NCBI GenBank assembly: GCA_964016885.1 | Contig: OZ024740.1 | Location: 325,252,001 to 325,316,000 of the forward strand | DNA length: 64,000 nucleotides | Direction of reading: 5' to 3' | Source: Eledone cirrhosa | Lineage: Eukaryota | Part shown: positions 56,401 through 64,000 of the stretch, one piece after another | Position numbering within the stretch: the stretch's first letter is position 1 | Layout of the letters: each line of letters begins with the position of its first letter | The notes under the pieces: model-generated | The model's input: only the letters and a program-made list of their open reading frames with translations | Told to the model about the DNA's origin: nothing | Databases searched by the model: none | Program-made: the position numbers and the translations under genes

Positions 56401-59400
56401 ATAGCAATTAACAGCGCTGCGATTGAATGTGGCTTTTTAGCCCAGCCAATGATCTAAAATGTCTTGCACAGAGTCGGCAACCAAAACATTCACTGGGAAT
56501 AGCCGGCTGTGGTTGGAGTTCATGTACTTTTGCATGTCGTTTGAGCCCTCCTGCTGATTTACATTCTCTACCACATGCTTGACAAGCATGATGAGTAGCA
56601 TCTCCAACAGCAGCCTGGTAGTCAACCACTGGTCTTACTTTATGACTGCGAAGATGACTTTCGAGTCCAGCTTTGCTTAGGCAGAGTCTCGCACAGACGC
56701 TGCATGTAAGCACCTTAGGAGGACCCTCGCCGTCTGGAAGTGCAACAGCAATACCCATCCTCACATTCCGCTTTACTTTCTCGTATTCGATTCAAGATGC
56801 CTCAAAGGCAACTTTTCCCTCATATACAGTCTTTCTCCATTTATTACGATCAGCAGCAATATTCTCCCATGTATCAGCAGAGATGTTAGTGTCTTTCAAA
56901 GAGGCTTTCAATGAATCCTTATACCTCTTGTTTGATTTATGTGGCGGTCGTTTTCCTTTAACTAACTCCCCATTAAAGAGTTGTTTTGGTATTCTAGAAT
57001 CCTTCATCCTGGCAAGGTGACCACTCCAACGGAGTCGTTTCTTAAGCACAAGAGCTTCTATACTGTCACACATAGAACTTTCCAAAATCTCGACATCACT
57101 GATGTGGTCCCTCCAGTGAACGCCATGGATCCGTCTCAGACACATCTGATGGAAACGCTCCAATTGCTTAAGGTGGTGTCGATATGTGACCCAGGTCTCG
57201 CAGGCATAAAGAAGAGAAGAGAGCACACATGCCTTGTACACCTTTACCTTTGTCTTCTTGCATATGTATCGCCGACCCCAGAGTCGCCTTTCTAGCTTTC
57301 CGAAAGCATCACTTCCTTTCCTAATCCTAAGTGAGATTTCACTATCAAGGTTGCTGTATCGATTGACAGTGCTTCCCAGGTAGATAAACTGATAAACCAC
57401 TCCAAGTCGTTTACCATACACATAGATATTTGGTTCACTGTACTGCTTACCAGGGGCAGGTTGGTACATGACGACGGTTTTCTTGAAACTGACAGTCAAT
57501 CCTAGGGCAGTGCAAGCGTCAGAAAATGCATTCAAAATGTGCTACATATCACTCTCTGTGTGCGCTGCAAGATCGCAATCATCTGCATACAAGAGGTCTC
57601 TTATGATTGATGTAAATACTTTTGTCTTTGCAGCAAAGCGCCTAATGTTAAATATGCTGCCTGTGGTTCGATATCGGATGTAAACCCCATGCTCGCAAAT
57701 CCTGAATGCAATACAGAAAACCATTGCAAAGTATATGGCAAACAGGGTCGGTGCTGGAATATCCCCCTGTTTCACTCCATTTTTTACTGAGATAGGCTCC
57801 GACATGTTACCTCCGACATTAACCTAAGCCTTCATGTCGTCATGGAAAGATCTAACTAAAGCAAGGAACATAACACGGCAACCAAGTTTCTGGAGAACCT
57901 TCCATAATGCATTTCTGTTAACAGTATCGAAAGCTTTTGTCAGATCGACAAAAACCTTATACAGATCCAAACCTTGTTCCATGCACTTCTCCTGGAGCTG
58001 TCTAGCTGAGAAGATCATATCAGTAGTGCCGCGTCCAGCACGAAAACCAGATTGACTTTCAGGAAGAACACAATCTACAATGTGTGTCAGCAGACGGTCT
58101 ACACCCTACATCAAACTTTCCCTACGACAGAAAGCAATGATATACCTCTGTAGTTCCCACAATCATTCCTGTTACCCTTTACCTTGTACAAGATCACCAT
58201 TACTGCATCTCTCCAGTCCTCAGGTACGGATTCATTAGCCCATATCCTGCCAAACAAAGAGTGAAGATATTGCAGGAGTCTCTCACCACCATATTGTAGG
58301 AGCTCAGCATGTATGCCATCCATACCTGGAGACCTTCCACTGTTCAGTTTCGAGATAGCCACTGCAACCTCCACAAGCGTCGGAGGTTCTGCGAGAGCTA
58401 CGTTCACAGGACCTTCTGGAATGAGATTGAGGAAATCTTCATTGACGACAGACGGCTGATTCAAAAGATCATCAAAGTGCTCTCGCCACCTTCGTAGAAT
58501 TCCTTGTGAGTCACGAAGAAGTTATTTGCCATCCTTGCTGCGAAGCGGTGTCCCCAGAGAAGAAGACGGTCCATAAACTTCACGCAAGAGACTGTACAAC
58601 AGCTTTGTGTTATTGGAATCTGACGCAGTTTGTATCTCATCAGCCTTCTCAATCCACCACTGATCCTTCATCTGAGAAAGACTCCGCCTAACACGTGATT
58701 TCACATCCTTGAGTTCTTTATGCAACGTACTCCTCTCCTGTGGTTTTGCCGTCAAGTAGCGTGACAGAGCACGCCTCTTATCAGCCAACAAGTCTTCTAT
58801 ATGTACATCATTCTCATTAAACCAGTCCTGATGTTTTCTCTGCACCAATCCCAGAACACGCCTGCCTACATCATAAACCGACTTTTTAAGAGTCGGCCAA
58901 TCCTCACCAAGATCTGCAACCTGCATCTCTTCCTGCAATGTCCTCTCCACATTTTTATCCTTAAGACGAGCAGCATTCAATCTTCTGGGCATGGCAACAC
59001 CAGGAGCCTGGATTTTACGTTTAGTGATTAGTTTCACTTTTGCGCGTACCAGGCGGTGATCCGTCCAGCACTCAGCTACACGAAGAGCACGAACACACTG
59101 CACATCCTGTCTGTCACGCATCCTGACTAGGAAGTAGTCCAAAAGATGCCATTTCTTAGATGCAGGATGCATCCATGTGGTCTTGAATTTGTTCTTTTGT
59201 TGGAACATGGTGTTGGTAACACAGAGATCCAGCTCCTCACACATCTGCAGCAGGAGCATACCATTGTTGTTACACTTTCCCACCCCATGCCTTCCGATTA
59301 CATTCCATGTGTTAAAATCCCTACTCACTCTAGCATTAAAGTCACTAAGCACGATGACTTTGTCTGCCTGAGGGATATTTCTTAAAACACCTTTCAAGGC

Positions 59401-59945
59401 ATGATAAAAGGACACTTTTTCTTCATCGACATAATTCATAGTTGGAGCATACACACTCACCAGGGTCGCATATCTTCCTTTGTCCAGCGGAATTCTCATG
59501 GACATAAGACGCTCACTAATCCCTACTGGGAATTCTTCTAATTTATTCACAAGAACAGTTTTAACAGTAAATGCTAACCCAGCCTCTCTTCTGGTTCCTT
59601 CATCTCTTCCTTTCCAGAAGAATGTATATTCTCCACAAAATTCTGTAAGATGACCATCTCCAGCTAACCTCGTTTCAGATAAAGCCACGATATCAAGATC
59701 GTAACGTCGAAGCTCCTTTGCAACACGAGCGGTCCTTCGTTCAGGACGCTCCAAGGAATCCCTGTCAAGCAGCGTCCGTACGTTCCAGCAGCCAAGACTA
59801 AATGCCTTGTTTGGCTCTATTACAATGGCACGATGACGAGCGGGCCCAGGCTGTGATAACGTGCCCTTATTGCCAATCATCTTTTTTGTTCCAGAACCTT
59901 TATTGCCAATTATCTCTTTTATATTGTTTTGGAACATCATTGAAT
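56401..59945 (-). mobile_element. Near full-length RTE (BovB-like) LINE: APE + RT + three C2H2 fingers; inactivated
   Basis: WNVRTL..ALSETR..VYAPT..DFNARV..LDY..TDHRLV (APE); SPGMDG, NYRGISLL, DLTKAFDTV, GVKQG, LYADD, YLGS (RT). In-frame stops at 58522, 57824, 57542 and 56792; one frameshift near 58100. Putative ATG at 59939. Confidence 0.95.
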
Positions 59946-59987
59946 TGGGGGGGGAAAAAAAAGTAATAATAATAGTAACAATAATAA

Positions 59988-60173
59988 TTGTTTCTATTTT
60001 AGGCACAAGGCCAGCAATTACCCAGTACATTACTGGTACTTTATTTTATCGACCCCGTAAGGATGAAAGGCAAAGTTAACCTCGGCTGGATTTGAACTCG
60101 GATCGTGAAGGGACGTAACTATGCTGGAAAGCATGGCGTCAGACCCTCTACCGATACTGCCAATTCACCGCCC
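59988..60173 (-). mobile_element. tRNA-derived SINE, family A
   Basis: Same head and core as the other family A copies. Confidence 0.85.
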
Positions 60174-60249
60174 TTCGTCTAAACTATAATATAATAATAA
60201 TAATAATAATAATTGTTTCTGCTTTTGGCACGTGGCCAGCAATTATTTA

Positions 60250-62880
60250 AACATAGACACTAAAATTAGACAGGAAATAAAGTACAAAACTAGGAGGAAA
60301 AAGCTAAATATTATCATAGAGGAACTGAAGCAACGCATTGTAACAAAGAGTGCAAAGATTAGGTGATACGAGAGCAGAGTCAGTCAGTATAGACAGAACC
60401 GCATGTTTGACAACAACCAGAAGATGTTGTTTGGACAGCTTGAAGTGAAAGAAAGAGGCAACGACTTGATCCCTGAGGCGGAACAAACTAAGACATTCTG
60501 GAGAGGAATATGAGTGCAGGATGTTAAACATAATGATCAGACAGTGTGGATTGAGACAGTACAAAAGGAGATTAGTGAACAGGCACACCAACAAACTGAT
60601 TTGAGTATCACAGTTGAAACTCTTAAGTGGTAGGCCAAAAAACTAACCAACTGGAAATCACCAGGCCCAGATGGTGTGCAGGGGTATGGATTAAAAATAT
60701 AACATCCCTCCACCCGAAACTGACAACCATGTTCAATGACTGCTTGATGTCAGGTGAGGTACCAGAGTGGTTGACAATAGGCACCACAGTTCTGGTAATG
60801 AAAGACCGAATCAAGGGTAATGATGTTACCAACTATAGACCTATCACATGCCTGTCCGTATTTTGGAAACTGTTAACAAGCATTGTGTCTGAGGAAATCT
60901 ACCATCACCTCCACATAAACAACTTGTTACCGGTCGAACAGAAAGGATGCCGAAAGAAGTCACGTGGTAAAAGAACCAGCTGCTTATTGATAAGATGGTA
61001 ATGAGGAATTGCAAGAGGAGACACACTGGTCTTGCCATGGGATGGATAGACTACAAAAAAGCATTCGACATGGTACCTCATTATTGGATCACAAAAAGCC
61101 TAGAGATCTTCAAGGTGGCAGATAACATCAGACAGTTGTTGAGCAAAAGTATGAAGTTCTGGAAAACAGAGTTAACATCGGCTGGAGAATCCTTGGGGGG
61201 GGGGGGCGTGAAGATCAAGTGAGGTATCTTCCAGGGAGATAGTCTGTCCCCTCTGTTGTTTGTCCTTGACCTGATACCCTGACCATTATACTGCGAAAAG
61301 TTAGAGCAGGATACAAGTTGGGAAAGGGAGAGCTTACCATCAATCACCTCCTCTTCATGGACGATCTTAAGCTCTTCGGGAAGAGTGAGAAGGAGTTGGA
61401 TGTGCTTGTTGACACTGTCCGTATTTTCAGCAATGATATATGTATGCAATTTGGTATTAGTAAGTGTGGAGTCCTTGTGATGAAGAGGGGTAAATTGAGC
61501 AGAAGCAACGGAATCCAGGTACCAACTGGTGAGATGATAAAGGAAATTGACACAGAAGAAGGATACATATATTTAGGTGTTCTGGAGGCTGATGACATCA
61601 AAAGCAAAAAAATGAAGGAATTGATAAGATCTGAATACATTCGGAGAGTAAGGAGCGTATTAAAATCACATCTGAACAGTAGGAATGCCATAAGTGCAGT
61701 AAATTCCCGAGCTGTGTCTATTATTAGGTACAGTGCGGGAATTCTGAGATGGAATGTTGTTGAACAAAAAGAAATGGATAGGAAGTCTAGGAAGCTATTG
61801 ACTATCTACAACATGTTCCACAATAGGAGTGATGTCGATAGACTCTACTTAAGGAGATCTGAAGGTGGAAGAGGTCTTATCAGCATAGAGGACTGTGTTC
61901 AGATGGAGAAAAACAACCTATACAAATACGTGACTGATAGTAGGGAGCCAATGCTCAGAATTGTACTGAAGGAGAGGACAATAGACCAGGGGATGTCCAA
62001 GGAGGAAATAACAACAAGGAGAAAGAGCAACCTTCATGAAAAATCCCTTATTAGTACCTTCTTTGAGAAAACTGAATTTTGAGATCCACAGACATGGAAC
62101 TGGTTGAAAAGAGGAGACCTTAAAAAGGCTACAGAAGGAATGCTAATGGCTGCGCAAGAGCAGGCCCTCAAAACGAAGTGGGTGAAACACCATATTTACA
62201 AGGAGGAGGCTATCCCACTGTGTAGGATCTGTGGAGAGAGAGGAGAATGTGGCTCACATTGTATCCGAGTGTAAACACCTAGCCCAGACTCACTATAAAG
62301 GCTGGAGACATGATGTGATGGGCAGGGTGATCCACTGGCACCTATGCAAAGTAAACAATTTACCACATTCTGAGAGGTGGTATGAGCATAAGCCAGAGTC
62401 GGTGATAGCAAACGATCAGGTGAAGGTGCTGTGTGATTTTAGGATACAGACGGACAAGAAAATGGAACACAATAGACCTGGCCTGGTAGTTTTGGACAAG
62501 GAAAAAAGATCGTGCCTGATTGTGGATGTAGCCTGCCCATTCGACACAAGAGTGCATGAGAAGGAGAGGGAGAAAATTAACCGATACCAGGACTTAAAGT
62601 AGGAGGTAAAAAGGATTTGGAACTGCCATGAAGTCAAAGTGGTCCCGATTGTCATAGGCGCAGTAGGTACTATCTCAAAAGGTTTCCAAGGATGGTTAAA
62701 AAAATTGGTCTCGCCCCGCTTTTTGGAACACTACAAAAGGCATGCTTGCTGGGAACAGCAAGAACCCTCCTATACGTCCTGAATATCTGAGGCTGTAGGC
62801 TCAATATTCATTTCAACAAAACTTTCCAGTTAAATAACATCAATGACTGAGACTCAAAGAACAATAATAATAATAATAAT
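60250..62880 (+). mobile_element. R4/Dong-like non-LTR retrotransposon (RT, CCHC, RLE), 5' truncated and disrupted
   Basis: [65 protein letters not shown]...HIVSEC, RHD, NRP.LVV, EREK..RY, PIVIGAVG, LQKACLLGT; ends in (AAT)n. Confidence 0.92.
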
Positions 62881-63220
62881 TATATATATATATATAAATA
62901 TATATATTAATAAGGTAATGAATTCTTTTACAATGGAATCAGCTCGAATGAGGAAAAATATCCCCTGAGCAGTGTATAAATTAATATGTAAGTGATGAAA
63001 CACAGATACCAACATATCTGTATATATATTGCAAAAGAAAAATTTAGCCAGATTGAAGTATACTAATTATTATACTACAGTTTGTCCATATCGATTTAAA
63101 ATAATAAATCAACGGAGACGAACTGTATTGGCAAAAGGCCGTGATGTAGATACTGTAAAGCCATGTGCGTCACGCAGTCTTTTAAATCATTTAGAAGTGA
63201 AGTATATCAATTTGTCTCTG

Positions 63221-63348
63221 GATGTTTACTGAGGAGAGCGGGACATGATATTCCTACACTTATTTAACTCGAAACATATTTGGATCTTAAAGTCTAAACT
63301 TATCTACGGAACAGGTTTGATTTTGAAATTTAAATGTGTCTAAACATC
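63221..63348 (+). ncRNA. Type I hammerhead ribozyme; predicted cut after C63340
   Basis: gatgttta CTGAGGA gag..ctc GAAA catattt..aaatgtg TC taaacatc. Confidence 0.85.
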
Positions 63349-63738
63349 ACGGCCTTTTGCCAATACGGTTCGTCTCCGTTGATTTATTATTTTAAATCGA
63401 TATGGACAAACTGTAGTATAATAATTAGTATACTTCAATCTGGCTAAATTTTTCTTTTGCAATATATATACAGATATGTTGGTATCTGTGTTTCATCACT
63501 TACATATTAATTTATACACTGCTCAGGGGATATTTTTCCTCATTCGAGCTGATTCCATTGTAAAAGAATTCATTACCTTATTAATTTTAACTGCTCCTAG
63601 TTTGAGCTGCAAACCGTCTCATATATACGACTGTTATTTCTAGCAGTACGGTTATGAGACTAGTTAGATACTGTAAAGCCATGTGCGTCACGCAGTCTTT
63701 TAAATCATTTAGAAGTGAAGCATATCAATTTGTCTCTG

Positions 63739-63866
63739 GATGTTTACTGAGGAGAGCGGGACATGATATTCCTACACTTATTTAACTCGAAATATATTTG
63801 GATCTTAAAGTCTAAACTTATCTACGGAACAGGTTTGATTTTGAAATTTAAATGTGTCTAAACATC
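63739..63866 (+). ncRNA. Type I hammerhead ribozyme; predicted cut after C63858
   Basis: Same fold 518 bp downstream; a C-to-T change at the base of stem III leaves a U-G pair. Confidence 0.8.
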
Positions 63867-64000
63867 ACGGCCTTTTGCCAATACAGTTCGTCTCCGTTGA
63901 TTTATTATTTTAAATCGATATGGACAAACTGTAGTATAATAATTAGTATACTTCAATCTGGCTAAATTTTTCTTTTGCAATATATATACAGATATGTTGG

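Larger units (their letters stand above)
62906..64000 (+). mobile_element. Non-coding 518-bp tandem hammerhead array with inverted 5' arm (runs off the window)
   Basis: 62906-63147 is the reverse complement of 63344-63585; 63147 onward repeats at 63665. Confidence 0.92.

Noticed and set aside
56408-56764. Stand-alone host C2H2 zinc-finger gene
   Set aside because: It is in frame with the RTE ORF2, and a second copy has CGA at the separating stop.
59940-60030. Hydrophobic N-terminus of the 502-aa ORF as a signal or transmembrane segment
   Set aside because: It derives from the adjacent SINE tail and (TAT)n; the RTE ORF more plausibly starts at ATG 59939.

Overview
This is AT-rich eukaryotic DNA packed with (TA)n, (CA)n, (CATA)n and (GA)n microsatellites and retroelements, with no confidently identifiable host gene. 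The repeat content suggests a cephalopod, probably Octopus (inference only). Almost all short ORFs in the track are microsatellite artefacts. The real coding remnants are retrotransposons: a near-complete RTE LINE with three C-terminal C2H2 fingers (56.4-59.9 kb, -), an R4/Dong-like RLE element (60.3-62.9 kb, +), a CR1-like 5' half with a CCCH ORF1 (11.8-14.3 kb), a decayed RTE, and CRE, Tx1/L1 and RLE fragments. Penelope-like elements (PLEs) include a 3.7-kb Neptune-type fold-back (26.3-30.0 kb). Many tRNA-derived SINEs are present. The most striking signal, found by reading the sequence by eye, is about 14 type I hammerhead-ribozyme folds in several unrelated families. Most sit in elements inserted at (TA)n, many with the same geometry of inverted arm plus body plus unique tail. 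Two families are non-coding tandem units of 517-518 bp and about 417-430 bp with one ribozyme per unit, so they are candidate retrozymes or circular-RNA replicons mobilised by PLEs. In the 518-bp family the insertion junctions fall at or near the predicted cleavage site. All folds were assigned by manual pairing and are untested.
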